This document shows, piece by piece, positions 1 through 9,399 of a DNA stretch of 31,263 nucleotides. Under the pieces are notes generated by a model. The model was not told the origin of the DNA. It did no database searches and saw only the letters and a list, made by a program, of their open reading frames with translations. The translations under genes and the position numbers were made by a program. Every line of letters begins with the position of its first letter. Position 1 is the stretch's first letter. This DNA comes from Leidyana gryllorum EB-2025a (lineage: Eukaryota; Protista; Apicomplexa): NCBI GenBank assembly GCA_048772705.1, contig JBLWGC010000117.1, positions 1 to 31,263 of the forward strand, in the 5' to 3' direction.

Positions 1-39
1 GCATGCGAGAGGTACTGGGATCGATACCCAGGTCGTCCA
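1..39 (+). tRNA. tRNA-Ala 3' half (cut by window edge)
   Basis: gcatgcgagaggtactgggatcgatacccaggtcgtcca is identical to the 3' half of Ala at 28494-28566. Confidence 0.8.
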
Positions 40-116
40 AACTCAGTAGGGCGGCACCTGCCGGTAGGTAAATATAGAGTTGCGACCTCTAAAAGAGCGT
101 CGCATATCGCAGCTCC

Positions 117-188
117 CGGCACTGCTAGGCTTCGAAACTGCGACTTTGTGGTGAACAGCTACACGCTTTGCCGATGAGCTACAAGACC
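117..188 (-). pseudogene. tRNA-Asn(GTT) degenerate
   Basis: Homologous to the intact Asn copies; damaged T arm and D loop. Confidence 0.75.
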
Positions 189-427
189 CAGTTGCAATTT
201 TCTTCCAAGCGAGGAAAAATCATACCTGCAGACCAAACAGCCCCCTGGTCGGCCTGCCCTCATAGGTGTAAAATCAGTCCGCATCTCAAGAACCACATTT
301 GGCTTCCTTCATGATATCCGACGCTGGAGTAGTGGAACTCAGTGCGAGAGTTTTGGGCTTATGACTGTAGCGTCCGAGGTCTCCTGCTATGCACTCAGGG
401 TCGCGTTCGGCTGTCATTGAATTGATT

Positions 428-501
428 TGCTCCCCGGGGGGATCGAACCCTCGACCTTCGGCACATAAGGCCGATGCTCTAACCAGCTGAGCTAGGGGAG
501 C
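428..501 (-). tRNA. tRNA-Ile(TAT), intronless
   Basis: GCTCCCC...TCGGC CT TAT GT GCCGA...GGTTCGATC...GGGGAGCA; full cloverleaf. Confidence 0.9.
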
Positions 502-656
502 GATCCGGAACCCACGCCTCAAACCGCTGTGGCAAATTGTCAGCGAGTCAAACACGTCGCTGACAAGCTTGGTCGGCACGAGCCCGGCGCATTCTGACAC
601 TTGATGTAACAATCCCCCCAGATAGATTCGAATATGGGTGACGCGGTGGCACGGCG

Positions 657-727
657 GTGATCTGCAGGGAATCGAACCCGGGCCGTCCGGATAGCAACGA
701 GACATTCTATCACTATACCACAGATGC
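657..727 (-). pseudogene. tRNA-Gly degenerate
   Basis: Gly body (GCATCTG...) with broken anticodon arm and acceptor end. Confidence 0.75.
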
Positions 728-784
728 AGGACACGATGTTGCTGCATCTTGTACGTGGTGACAGCCGCTGTTTAGAGAGCCTAT

Positions 785-856
785 GGATGCACTGTCGAAA
801 TCGAGCAGCCGACGTCTCGCTTACGAAGCAAACGCTCTGCCCCTAAGCTACGAAGG
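785..856 (-). pseudogene. tRNA-Thr(CGT) degenerate
   Basis: TAGCTTAGGGGCAGAGCGTTTGCTTCGTAAGCGAG retained; stems eroded. Confidence 0.65.
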
Positions 857-920
857 AAAGCCGCCAAAGAAATTACGCATCTCACCCCGTTGAGGGAGAT
901 TGCTGAAGCACTCCAAGGAG

Positions 921-990
921 TTCCACTGCCGGGCCTTGAACCCGGACCGTGTGGGTGAAAGCCGCATATCCCAGCCGGTCTCAGCCATAC
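921..990 (-). pseudogene. tRNA-Glu(TTC) with eroded 5' end
   Basis: 3' two-thirds match the Glu copies. Confidence 0.65.
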
Positions 991-1084
991 CCTCATGTGA
1001 TCGAGACAGGGCCTGCCTGGTTAGCTGAGGGGCAGAACGCTCGCACCGGCGCGGGGGTTCTGACACCAGATTTCACAACCTCTC

Positions 1085-1157
1085 TGCCTCGGCCGTGGAT
1101 CGAACACGGGACTTCCAGATCTTCAGTCTGGCGCTCTCCCAACTGAGCTACCGAGGC
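1085..1157 (-). tRNA. tRNA-Phe(GAA)
   Basis: GCCTCGGTAGCTCAGTTGGGAGAGCGCCAGACTGAAGATCTGG...GTTCGATC; perfect cloverleaf; only Phe copy in window. Confidence 0.95.
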
Positions 1158-1275
1158 GCTAGACAGCCATGGAAGGCGGTGAAAAGAAGGACTCACCGCG
1201 GCCGTATGTGGGCCCACTGCTTAAAGAAGCGCTAGTCCGAATGGCTCTACCAACCTTTTTGGGAAGGACTGAATG

Positions 1276-1346
1276 GGTTGCGTGAAGTAGTGTTTAGCAC
1301 TGGAGACTCTTAATCTTCCGACCTGGTTCGATCTCCGGCGCGACCT
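1276..1346 (+). pseudogene. tRNA-Gln degenerate (loop reads CTT)
   Basis: Homologous to Gln at 22237-22308. Confidence 0.7.
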
Positions 1347-1817
1347 TGAAACTGATCAGATTTACTCGGCAAGCAGCGCTACCAAAGGCAACCACGGCAG
1401 TGACGGGGGACACTACCGTTTGATGAGACATCACCTGACACAGCCGTCACCTTGCCCGGTATCGACGCTTACGCTAAATCACAACTTGGTAACGTGCCAT
1501 GTGGAAGCATCCACGGTTAACCGAAGATGGGTGGCGTGAAGCGTTACACGAAGTGAAATGTCGCAAGCTCCACCGGTGTGAAGCAGAAAGCCGACTCCGA
1601 CCAATGAGGCGGATTCAACTTCACGTGCGAAAGAAGAAAAGAGGCAACCGAGCAACCAAAGCCAATGGAAGTGCCCAAACCCCGGCCTAACGGAGTCACA
1701 CGGGCAGCATTCCGTCATGCGGGTTCACACAACACACTCGGATTGGCCGGTCCTTATGTGCTGGTTACTGCCTGTATCATGCGGCTTTACTCCTCTCCGT
1801 TTAAAAGAGGGAGGGTT

Positions 1818-2120
1818 TGTGGTATAACACCACCATACTCCACCTTCGGTAGTTCCGTGTCTACCCCGTTGGTGGTCCGAAATCCTACCAAGTCAAGCTT
1901 GTGTAGGGTCTGTCTGCCAGGTCAGGCCTGTGCGGACATTCCACTTTGGTTGTCAGGCGGGGTGGTAACCGCCGGTGCGCCGGGCCGAGTAGATGTTTGG
2001 GTTGGGTCCGCGTGTATAGTGTCACACGAACCCTTCCCGCGACTCCGTAAAATAAAATAAAAGTAGAGTCGGGTGCAGTGGTGGTGTGCTGCGACCCTTC
2101 TCTGTGCTCCGTAGGTCACA
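1818..2120 (+). mobile_element. Putative 3' LTR preceded by polypurine tract
   Basis: PPT AAAAGAGGGAGGG (1803-1815), then TGTG...CACA termini; AATAAAATAAAA near 2050-2063. Confidence 0.55.
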
Positions 2121-2839
2121 CGGGTTGGCGCGCGTTGGCGTGCAGCAGCCTCCCCGCGTGAGATGACTTGTCTTCACAGGGAGTGCCCAGGTGGGGCAGC
2201 TACCCTTTCTTCCCTCTTGGTCTGCCAGCCATTCCTCAGGCGGAGGTCTGGTCGGCGTCTTCATCGTTTGAGAGCACGGCCGAGGCACCACGTGTTATTT
2301 GCCGTGCTCCCACTCTCCAGAACGATGGCTTGTCGTCCGAACCCTTCGTCCCGGGTATTCTGGAGGACATAGTTGGAAGAAATATTTCATGCATTGCGGA
2401 CGAGCCGCACACGGAAAAGACAACACGAGGACTACCTGAGTCTTCCGGGGAAAAGACTTCTTGTATCCTGTTGTTGTAGAACTCTGACCGTCGCTCCTGT
2501 GTCCGTGTCCTCTCGCCGTCCGCTGCGACTCTACGCTGGCGTCCTCCAGCCTAGGGCTGTCCAACTGAGTAGTAGCTGTAGCCGTAGCGTCGAGCCAAAA
2601 CCCAATACCAGCTAGAGTCCGGACCGTAGTCGGGTCGTCGAGGCGCACGTCCTGAGGGCGAGGTAGAGTACGCCGGGAGGTGACTGTAGAGGCCAAGGGT
2701 CGTAGTCGGGACGGTAGCGTGTGGTAGCGGGCGTGTGTGTAGGTCGTAGTAGGGCACGGGCGTGGTAGTGGGAGCAGGGATTCCGTAGGTGATAGGTCGT
2801 CCCCCTTTTCAGAGGTACTCCCTATATAAGTGCCAAATA

Positions 2840-3100
2840 TGTAGGGAAGTATTCAGATGGATGTTCATCCCACTGGCGGAATCACATAGAGTCAGAATCC
2901 GGAACCCGATAGTGAGGCACCCGATAGTTATGGGACACACTCATAGGTTGAACGGGGACTCGGAGTCGAGCCTGCTGATCCACTCGCCCTACGACAGCAC
3001 TACCACACTAAGCTTAGCTCTTCAGCTGATATGTTCTTGATCAGTTCATGTCGCTTGTGCTACCTTGACTCCGGTCGTACGCCCGACTGCGGATATAACA
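2840..3100 (-). mobile_element. Putative 5' LTR of a second element
   Basis: Minus strand TGTTATA...CCCTACA, then TATT-TGGCAC (PBS-like TGG). Outer end coincides with resumption of host spacer. Confidence 0.4.
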
Positions 3101-3192
3101 GTCTGAGCGGCCGCTTCAATCCCAGTCATGGGGTTTTGCTGTGCACATCACTCGCTCCTTCGGCTAGTGACTGTTCACCTCAACTCTGAAGC

Positions 3193-3266
3193 GGTCACAT
3201 ATTCCAGTCGGTTAGAGCGTGAGCCTGATAACTTCCGAGTCCGCGACTGGAGCCCGCGCGTGACCC
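3193..3266 (+). pseudogene. tRNA-Ile degenerate
   Basis: Homologous to Ile(AAT) at 11341; loop reads GAT; T arm broken. Confidence 0.7.
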
Positions 3267-3366
3267 AGTGAGTGGATCTCTGATATAGATTCGCCCTGTG
3301 CCCGAGGAAGGCCCAAGATTCCACGATCAATACGAATGGATTTTGTTACTAAGTCCGAGCTTCGTT

Positions 3367-3432
3367 GCCGCCCCAAGTCCGTCGGTAGGGCGCAAGACTT
3401 TTGAGGGGAGACCGCGGGTTTGGGCAGCGCGA
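3367..3432 (+). pseudogene. tRNA-Lys-derived element (Lys*)
   Basis: Lys 5' half plus altered 3' half; recurs upstream of Ser(NGA) genes. Confidence 0.6.
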
Positions 3433-3494
3433 GAACTCAAGCTTGCTGAACCGTATGTGAAACCATTGGCCGCAATATGCCGAGTTCGACAGGT

Positions 3495-3576
3495 GGCAAC
3501 TTGCCCGAGTGGTTAAGGGGGTAGACTAGAAATCTACTGGGCCTGGCCCGCGCTGGTTTAAATCCAGCAGTTGTCG
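3495..3576 (+). tRNA. tRNA-Ser(AGA), T-loop variant
   Basis: Type II cloverleaf; loop CT AGA AA; T loop TTTAAAT. Confidence 0.75.
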
Positions 3577-3644
3577 TGCGATGTGATTGGAGCGTTAGAC
3601 ACCAGTTCACGTAGAAGGCGCAATCAACCTTGTGCCATCTCCTC

Positions 3645-3715
3645 TGCATCTGCCGGGAAGCGAACCTGGGTCGTCTCGGTGGCAACGACACATTCTATCA
3701 CTAGACCACAGATGC
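3645..3715 (-). tRNA. tRNA-Gly(GCC) variant
   Basis: Gly body with several substitutions. Confidence 0.65.
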
Positions 3716-3864
3716 GTGACACTTCCATTCCTGACCACAAAGTAATGAGTACTACTCCAGCCCGTCCCATTTCTGTGAGGCTACAGGTCCGTAGATGACA
3801 ACCAGGCTCCTCATGATATGTTTTCCCAGAGACACACGCCCCTCTCACAGTCCGGAAGCTCCGT

Positions 3865-3937
3865 GCAGCCATGGTCTAGTGGTTACGGCGTCTGCTTAAC
3901 ACGCACTTGGTCCCGAGTTCGATCACAGGTGGCTGTA
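3865..3937 (+). tRNA. tRNA-Val(AAC) variant / possible pseudogene
   Basis: GCAGCCATGGTCTAGTGG...TT AAC AC; T-stem mismatches. Confidence 0.6.
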
Positions 3938-4090
3938 GCTCGAATCTTTGAAGTGAGTCCCACCAAAGCGAGGAAACAGGCTCTCTCCAAAAACAGGGCA
4001 TCGAACCCGCGTCTTCCGCGTCTTCAACCCTAAAAGTCTTCCTTCTCGAGAACTTCACGGACAGAAAACCTGTAAAGTGGCGAACGCTCC

Positions 4091-4170
4091 GGCAAGATGG
4101 CCGAGTGGTCTAAGGCGCTGTGTTCAGGCCGCAGTCCGAAAGGGCGTGGGTTCGAATCCCACTCTTGTCA
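4091..4170 (+). tRNA. tRNA-Leu(CAG)
   Basis: GGCAAGATGGCCGAGTGGTCTAAGGCG...TT CAG GC...GGTTCGAATC; intact. Confidence 0.92.
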
Positions 4171-4289
4171 GCCGTTGTAGTCAGGACAACCCAGCATGCC
4201 CCCACGATGCGCGCGGGACAGCCCGCCGTGCACGTGGCACCCGGCTAACTTTTGTCGATACAACTGACACATGATTTTCTGGCTAAGCT

Positions 4290-4361
4290 GCCTTCTTAGC
4301 TTATGGGCAGAGCGTTCGCTTCGTAAGCGAGAAGTCGCCGGTTCGATTCCGCCAGAAGGCT
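4290..4361 (+). tRNA. tRNA-Thr(CGT)
   Basis: GCCTTCT...TT CGT AA...GGTTCGATTC...AGAAGGCT; minor mismatches. Confidence 0.8.
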
Positions 4362-4409
4362 TTGATGCATCGATAGGCTTAAGAGGAATGATTCACAAGA
4401 TCGTGTTCT

Positions 4410-4480
4410 GCATCTGTGGTGTAGTGGAAGAGTCGCTCGTTGCCATCGAGATAACCTGTGTGCGATTTCTGACTGCGCTA
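4410..4480 (+). pseudogene. tRNA-Gly(GCC) degenerate
   Basis: 5' half Gly-like; T arm eroded. Confidence 0.65.
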
Positions 4481-4530
4481 CACTCCCCCTCCGACTTTCT
4501 CCGAGGAATTGGGTCAAGATACAACAACGC

Positions 4531-4602
4531 GGGCTGTTCTGGGAATGGAACCCCGGACTTCTGCCACCCGACGGAGGAATCATACCACTAGACCAAAGAG
4601 CC
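4531..4602 (-). pseudogene. tRNA-Pro(CGG) degenerate
   Basis: Pro body with stem mismatches. Confidence 0.65.
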
Positions 4603-4690
4603 GCCTGTCATTCGTGCAACCCGCTGAAGACAGTTTAAAAAGTGGTCATCCTATGTTGAGAACCAACAAATGCGATGGGGTCCGCACAAC

Positions 4691-4763
4691 GGGCGACTAG
4701 CTCAAATGGTAGAGCGCTCGCTTAGCATGCGAGAGGTACTGGGATCGATGCCCAGGTCGTCCA
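4691..4763 (+). tRNA. tRNA-Ala(AGC)
   Basis: G3:U70 pair; TT AGC AT loop; A54-type T loop ATCGATG; intact. Confidence 0.93.
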
Positions 4764-5042
4764 AAGTACGTACGGCTGCACGTGGCCGGATTCAAACCCA
4801 TCGTTGTCATCTTTGAAGGGTCGCGAACCACAAGTGCCATTGGGAGAACACCGCAGTCAATGTCTAGGGTGCCTCTGAAGCCGGTTTTGCTAGGTTCCGG
4901 ACCTGCGAGCCTGTCATCAAAAGCCACACGCTCTGCCGACTTACAAGACGCCTTACAATGTTGCAGAGCTTAGTAGAGGGGCCCCCTTTGTTGTAGGTTG
5001 ACCCGACGGACCACGTCTTGTTAACCTCAACTGGGGAACTTG

Positions 5043-5115
5043 TCCACTGTAGTCTAAGTGGCTAGGATATGCGGCTCTCACCCGCATGATCCGGGTTCAA
5101 GTCCCGGTAGTGGAA
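5043..5115 (+). tRNA. tRNA-Glu(CTC)
   Basis: TCCACTG...CT CTC AC...GGTTCAAGTC; intact. Confidence 0.9.
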
Positions 5116-5183
5116 GCTACTCGAGCGAAGCGCTCCAGTAATCCCCGTCAACAGTGACTGATTCGTGATCTTCGGCCTGCATT

Positions 5184-5241
5184 GCCTTCTTAGCTTAGGG
5201 CAGCATTCGCTTAGTAAGCGAAAGGTCGCCGATTCGTTTCC
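5184..5241 (+). pseudogene. tRNA-Thr(AGT) truncated
   Basis: D-arm deletion; 3' end replaced at the T loop. Confidence 0.7.
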
Positions 5242-5274
5242 TTCCCGAGGGAAGGTGTAACCAGTTACACTCTC

Positions 5275-5356
5275 GGCAAGGTGGCCGAGCGGTTAAGGCG
5301 GCGGCCTGCTAAGCCGTTGGGTTTCACCCCCGTGAGTTCGAATTTCACCCTTGTCG
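5275..5356 (+). tRNA. tRNA-Ser(GCT)
   Basis: Type II; CT GCT AA loop. Confidence 0.85.
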
Positions 5357-5469
5357 GTAGCATTCGGGGAGAGCGCAACTGCTTCAATGATTGAAATGAG
5401 GTTTCCGCCCGACTCGAACTCGCTTTACGCTGGACGCTGTACCAAGTCAATTGTACTGTCTGATGCACC

Positions 5470-5541
5470 GGCTGTTTGGTCTAGTGGTATGATTCTTCCT
5501 TCGGGCGGAAGAAGTCCCGAGTTCGATTCCCAGAACAGCCC
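5470..5541 (+). tRNA. tRNA-Pro(CGG)
   Basis: GGCTGTTTGGTCTAGTGGTATGA...TT CGG GC; T-stem mismatches. Confidence 0.75.
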
Positions 5542-5642
5542 GTCTGATAGTTGTTGACGCAACACGGCACTCGACCCATCCCGAACAGCTAAGACAGGAT
5601 CCGAGTTGTTGACTCAACAGGCTGCAACCCGGCCATTCGCCC

Positions 5643-5715
5643 AGACGCTATTGGGACTCGAACCCAGAATCCCCGGTTCCTATGACCGAGGCCATATCCG
5701 TTAAGCCATAGCGCC
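5643..5715 (-). pseudogene. tRNA-Arg degenerate
   Basis: Arg(ACG) body; anticodon loop mutated. Confidence 0.7.
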
Positions 5716-5834
5716 GACTAACGGAGCCGTCAAATGGAAGTGTGTAGCGATCAAGACGACATGGGCAGCTACGCCCGATCGTGGGTTCGGACAAACTTCA
5801 CCTACATCTCCCATTCGAGACATCGGGGACATAC

Positions 5835-5906
5835 TATCGAAGCCAGGATTCGGGCCTGGGTATGCACGGCCACAACTTGCAGTTGTAACCACTAGACGAC
5901 CCGGAC
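5835..5906 (-). pseudogene. tRNA-His(GTG) degenerate
   Basis: Homologous to 15671-15742. Confidence 0.7.
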
Positions 5907-5982
5907 AATCTTCAAGTGAGGCTGGTGGGTACCAAAGCCACTTTAGATGTCAGGCTATCGAGTTTTGTGTCCTTGGTTGCCT

Positions 5983-6055
5983 GAGGCCCTAGCTCAGTCG
6001 GTAGAGCGCAAGACTCTTAATCTTGCAGTCGCGGGTTCGAGCCCCGCGGGCGGTG
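5983..6055 (+). tRNA. tRNA-Lys(CTT), acceptor 5' mismatches
   Basis: TAGCTCAGTCGGTAGAGCGCAAGACTCTTAATCTTG...GGTTCGAGC. Confidence 0.75.
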
Positions 6056-6111
6056 TGGATCTTTTTCCCTGGAAGTAAGGAACTGTTGCCTACAAGCACA
6101 TTCAGCAATAT

Positions 6112-6184
6112 TTCCACTGCCGGGACTTGAACCCGGGTCATGCGGGTGAGAGCCGCATATCCTAGCCACTTAGACTACAGTGGA
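6112..6184 (-). tRNA. tRNA-Glu(CTC)
   Basis: Intact Glu cloverleaf. Confidence 0.92.
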
Positions 6185-6301
6185 CAACTCCCTCAGCTGC
6201 AGCTTTAGCCGAGAGCCGTACCCTCTTGACAAGACGTGGTTGCAGAATCTTGCGGTAGAAAAAGGAGGATCTCTATACTAACCTCTGAACTATTGTAGCT
6301 G

Positions 6302-6374
6302 GGTCTTGTAGCTCAGTCGGCAGAGCGTGTGGCTGTTAACCACAAAGTCGCAGTTTCGAAGCCTGGCAGTACCG
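6302..6374 (+). tRNA. tRNA-Asn(GTT), T-arm variant
   Basis: 5' part intact; T stem and acceptor mismatches. Confidence 0.6.
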
Positions 6375-6450
6375 GGAGCTACGGCACCCGACTGTCTCTT
6401 AGAGGTCGCAACTCTGTATTTAACTACGACAGGTGCCGCCCTACTGAGTT

Positions 6451-6523
6451 TGGACGACCTGGGTATCGATCCCAGTGCCTCTCGCATGCAAAGCGAGCGC
6501 CCTACCATCTGAGCTAGCCGCCC
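6451..6523 (-). tRNA. tRNA-Ala(TGC)
   Basis: G3:U70; TT TGC AT loop. Confidence 0.85.
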
Positions 6524-6581
6524 AGGCGCACAGATGAGAAGCTATTGCATCCAGTGGGTGACCAAGCGCCCATACAACGGC

Positions 6582-6661
6582 TGACAAGAGTGGGATTCGA
6601 ACCCACGCCCTTTCGGACTGCGGCCTTAACACAGCGCCTTAGACCACTCGCCCATCTTGCC
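6582..6661 (-). tRNA. tRNA-Leu(AAG)
   Basis: Same body as 4091; TT AAG GC loop. Confidence 0.85.
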
Positions 6662-6755
6662 GGAGTGTTTTTGGCTCGCCGTTCCACCCGTTTCCTGTCC
6701 GTGAAATTTCAAAATGCGAGGAGTTCTGGGGTTGGAGGCGGGCATCTTTACTAGG

Positions 6756-6827
6756 TCCGAGATAGTATAGTGATCAGTATTTCCGCCTGTCACGCGGAAG
6801 ACCCGGGTTCGATTCCCGGTCTCGGAG
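6756..6827 (+). tRNA. tRNA-Asp(GTC)
   Basis: TCCGAGA...CT GTC AC...GGTTCGATTC...TCTCGGAG; D-loop GG altered. Confidence 0.8.
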
Positions 6828-7010
6828 TAGTTCCAGCCCTCACAACTGGTGCAACTCAGATTTTGTCTCAGCTGGTCTGGACTTCATTCGGGATTGTACG
6901 AGACTGTCGTCTGGGTGCTGTGTATCGGCCTCCAGCCCCGAAGAAGTCGTACGGCCGGGGGTGCTCACTTCCTAAAGCATCTCTATCGGCGGCTTGCACC
7001 ACCGATAGGC

Positions 7011-7080
7011 GGCTGTTTGGTCTAGTGGTATGCACTTGTTTCGGGTGGAAGAAGTCCTGGTTTAATATCCAGAACAGCCC
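7011..7080 (+). pseudogene. tRNA-Pro(CGG) degenerate
   Basis: Acceptor intact; anticodon and T arms damaged. Confidence 0.7.
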
Positions 7081-7181
7081 GTCTGATAGTTGTTGACCCA
7101 ACACGGCACTCGACCCGTCCCGGACAGCTAAGACAGGATCTGAGTTGTTGACTCAACAGGCTGCAACCCGGCCATTCGCCC

Positions 7182-7254
7182 AGACGCTACTGGGACTCGA
7201 ACCCAGAATCCCCGGTTCCGTAGACCGATGCCATATCCATTAGGCCATAGCGCC
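7182..7254 (-). tRNA. tRNA-Arg(ACG)
   Basis: GGCGCTATGGCCTAATGGATATGGCATCGGT CT ACG GA ACCGG; intact. Confidence 0.92.
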
Positions 7255-7373
7255 GACTAGCGGAGCCGTCAAATGGAAGTGTGTAGCGATCAAGACAGGA
7301 CATCGGCAGCTACGGCCGATGGTGGGTCTGGACAACTTCACCCACATCTCCCATTCGAGACATCGGGGACATA

Positions 7374-7458
7374 CTATCCAAGCCAGGATTCGGGCCTGGG
7401 TATGCACGGCCGGATGCGGGTGAGAGCCGCATATCCTAGCCACTTAGACTACAGTGGA
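7374..7458 (-). pseudogene. Chimeric Glu(5')/His(3') tRNA
   Basis: Glu 5' half through the anticodon arm, fused to the 3' half of the degenerate His. Confidence 0.75.
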
Positions 7459-7603
7459 CAACTCCCTCAGCTGCAGCTTTCGCCGAGAGCCCTACCCTCT
7501 TGACAAGACGTGGTCTGTCGGGTGAACCTACAACAAAGGGGTTGCAGAATCATGTTGTAGAAAGAGGAGGGTGTCTCTAGCAACCTCTGAAACATTGTAG
7601 CTG

Positions 7604-7676
7604 GGTCTTGTAGCTCAGTCGGCAGAGCGTGTGGCTGTTAACCACAAAGTCGCAGGTTCGAAACCTGCCAGGACCG
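7604..7676 (+). tRNA. tRNA-Asn(GTT)
   Basis: GGTCTTG...CT GTT AA...GGTTCGAAAC...CAGGACCG; intact. Confidence 0.93.
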
Positions 7677-7781
7677 TTTCAGAGGCACCCCAGACACTGA
7701 CTGACTGCCCTGCTCTCGCAATGGTACCTGTGGTCTGCGACCCTTCAGAGTGACTCCCGCCACGTGTAGCCATACGTACTT

Positions 7782-7854
7782 TGGACGACCTGGGCATCGA
7801 TCCCAGTACCTCTCGCATGCTAAGCGAGCGCTCTACCATTTGAGCTAGTCGCCC
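7782..7854 (-). tRNA. tRNA-Ala(AGC)
   Basis: Identical to 4691-4763. Confidence 0.93.
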
Positions 7855-7914
7855 ATCCGCACTACATGGAAGACCTATTGCATCCAGTGGCTGACCGACT
7901 GCCCACACAACGGC

Positions 7915-7994
7915 TGTCAAGAGTGGGATTCGAACCCACGCCCTTTCGGACTGCGGCCTGAACACAGCGCCTTGGACCACTCGGCCATCTTGCC
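7915..7994 (-). tRNA. tRNA-Leu(CAG)
   Basis: One acceptor mismatch. Confidence 0.82.
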
Positions 7995-8088
7995 GGGATG
8001 TTGTTGGCTCGCCGCTCCACGCGTTTTCTATCCGTGGAATCTCAAGATGGAAGGACTTTTGGGGTTTCAGGCCGGTGTGTTCGGAGCG

Positions 8089-8160
8089 TCCGAGATAGTA
8101 TAGTGGTTAGTATTTCTGCCTGTCACGCGGAAGACCCGGATTCGATTCCCGGTCTCGGAG
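8089..8160 (+). tRNA. tRNA-Asp(GTC)
   Basis: Near intact; G53A. Confidence 0.72.
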
Positions 8161-8215
8161 CACAGTTGATCTCGCTTAAGATTGTCTTTTTTGGTGCCCG
8201 CTGAAAGTTGCGAGC

Positions 8216-8288
8216 TACAGCCACCGAGGATCGAACTCGGGACCTTCTGCGTGTTAAGCAGACGTCGTAACCACTAGACCATGGCTGC
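8216..8288 (-). tRNA. tRNA-Val(AAC)
   Basis: Intact cloverleaf; TT AAC AC loop. Confidence 0.92.
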
Positions 8289-8350
8289 ATGGATGGTCCC
8301 CGCAGCCCAAGAGAAGTGGCGAAGCTTCAGGGAGTTGAGGACCAGTTCAA

Positions 8351-8420
8351 GGGTCGCGCCGGGATCGAACCCAGGTCGGAAAATCCAAAGTGTCGAGTGC
8401 TGCCCACCAAGGACGCAACC
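8351..8420 (-). pseudogene. tRNA-Gln(TTG) degenerate
   Basis: GGTTGCG...CGCGACC acceptor; D and anticodon arms eroded. Confidence 0.65.
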
Positions 8421-8577
8421 AGTTCAGCCCATCCCAGAAGAGTCGGACTAGCGCTTCCTCAACTGGACACATGCAACACGGGTCTTGTATACAGACCCCA
8501 GTGTAAAGAGTTGGATTCGAGTCGGGCAAAAACCTCAGTTCAATCATTCAACCAGTTGCGCTCTCCCCGAATGCTAC

Positions 8578-8659
8578 CGACAAGGGTGAGATTCGAACTC
8601 ACGCGGGTGGAACCCAACGGCTTAGCAGGCCGCCGCCTTAACCACTCGGCCACCTTTCC
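8578..8659 (-). tRNA. tRNA-Ser(GCT)
   Basis: Type II; one acceptor mismatch. Confidence 0.82.
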
Positions 8660-8768
8660 GACGACATCTCTTACTCGCTGGCACTTTTTCACAACGGTTT
8701 GGGGTCCTAGTCAAGCTTGCTGAACCGTATGTGACATCACTGGCCGCAAAATGCCGAGTTCGACAGTT

Positions 8769-8850
8769 GGCAACTTGCCCGAGTGGTTAAGGGGGTAGAC
8801 TCGAAATCTACTGGGCCTGGCCCGCGCTGGTTCAAATCCAAGAGTTGTCG
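8769..8850 (+). tRNA. tRNA-Ser(CGA)
   Basis: CT CGA AA loop; T-stem 3' strand CCAAG variant. Confidence 0.75.
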
Positions 8851-8923
8851 TGTGATGTGATTGAAGGTCAGACACTAAATGAGGCATGAAACATTGGCAA
8901 AATCAACCATGGATTATCTCCTC

Positions 8924-8994
8924 TGCATCTGCCGGGAATCGAACCCGGGTCGTCTCGATGGCAACGAGACATTCTACCACTAGACCACAGATGC
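8924..8994 (-). tRNA. tRNA-Gly(GCC)
   Basis: GCATCTGTGGTCTAGTGGTAGAATGTCTCG TT GCC AT CGAGAC; intact. Confidence 0.93.
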
Positions 8995-9049
8995 GTGAGA
9001 CCTCCTTTCCTGACCACCAAGTAATGAGTCTGGAGCGGGAGATGGTTTT

Positions 9050-9119
9050 GGGCCTATGGCCGACGTACCGCGTCTGACTCCAGATCAGAAGGTTGGGTTT
9101 TCGAATCACTATGGGCTCA
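9050..9119 (+). pseudogene. tRNA-Trp(CCA), damaged D arm
   Basis: Homologous to 16907-16978. Confidence 0.7.
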
Positions 9120-9156
9120 ATCAGACTCTTTTGTGTTTCCCGTGTGAGGCTCAACC

Positions 9157-9236
9157 TGAAAAGAGTGGGATTTGGACCCACGCCCTTTCGAACTGCGACT
9201 TGAATACAGCGCCTTAGACCCCTCAGCCATCTTGCC
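9157..9236 (-). pseudogene. tRNA-Leu(CAA) degenerate
   Basis: Leu body; T loop TCCAAAT. Confidence 0.65.
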
Positions 9237-9327
9237 GCAGTCTTGTTGGTTCGTCGCTCCACGCGTTTTTTGTCCGTGAGCCGGAATAGAAAGACTTCTG
9301 GGATTGGAGGCCGGCGTGTTCGGAGCG

Positions 9328-9399
9328 TCCGAGTCAGTATAGTGGTTAGTGTCTCCGCCTGTCACGCGGAAGACCCGGGTTCGATTCCCGGTCTCGAAA
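9328..9399 (+). tRNA. tRNA-Asp(GTC) variant
   Basis: Acceptor mismatches. Confidence 0.6.

Larger units (their letters stand above)
1358..3100. mobile_element. Non-tRNA insertion, probable nested LTR-retrotransposon remnants
   Basis: Host spacer homology stops at ~1357 and resumes exactly at 3101 (matches 10012-10050). Contains a PPT plus TG..CA segments. No RT/IN motifs seen. Confidence 0.6.

Noticed and set aside
2125-2145. TGGCGCGCG after the LTR as a primer-binding site
   Set aside because: Not complementary to the 3' end of any tRNA in the window, and the upstream PPT marks this as a 3' LTR.
2022-2757. Minus-strand ORFs as a gag gene
   Set aside because: No zinc knuckle or other gag/pol motif is visible and the frames are broken; left unassigned within the insertion.
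5255-5270. GTGTAAC-CA-GTTACAC inverted repeat upstream of Ser(GCT)
   Set aside because: Not maintained in homologous copies (~21925, ~9945), so probably incidental.
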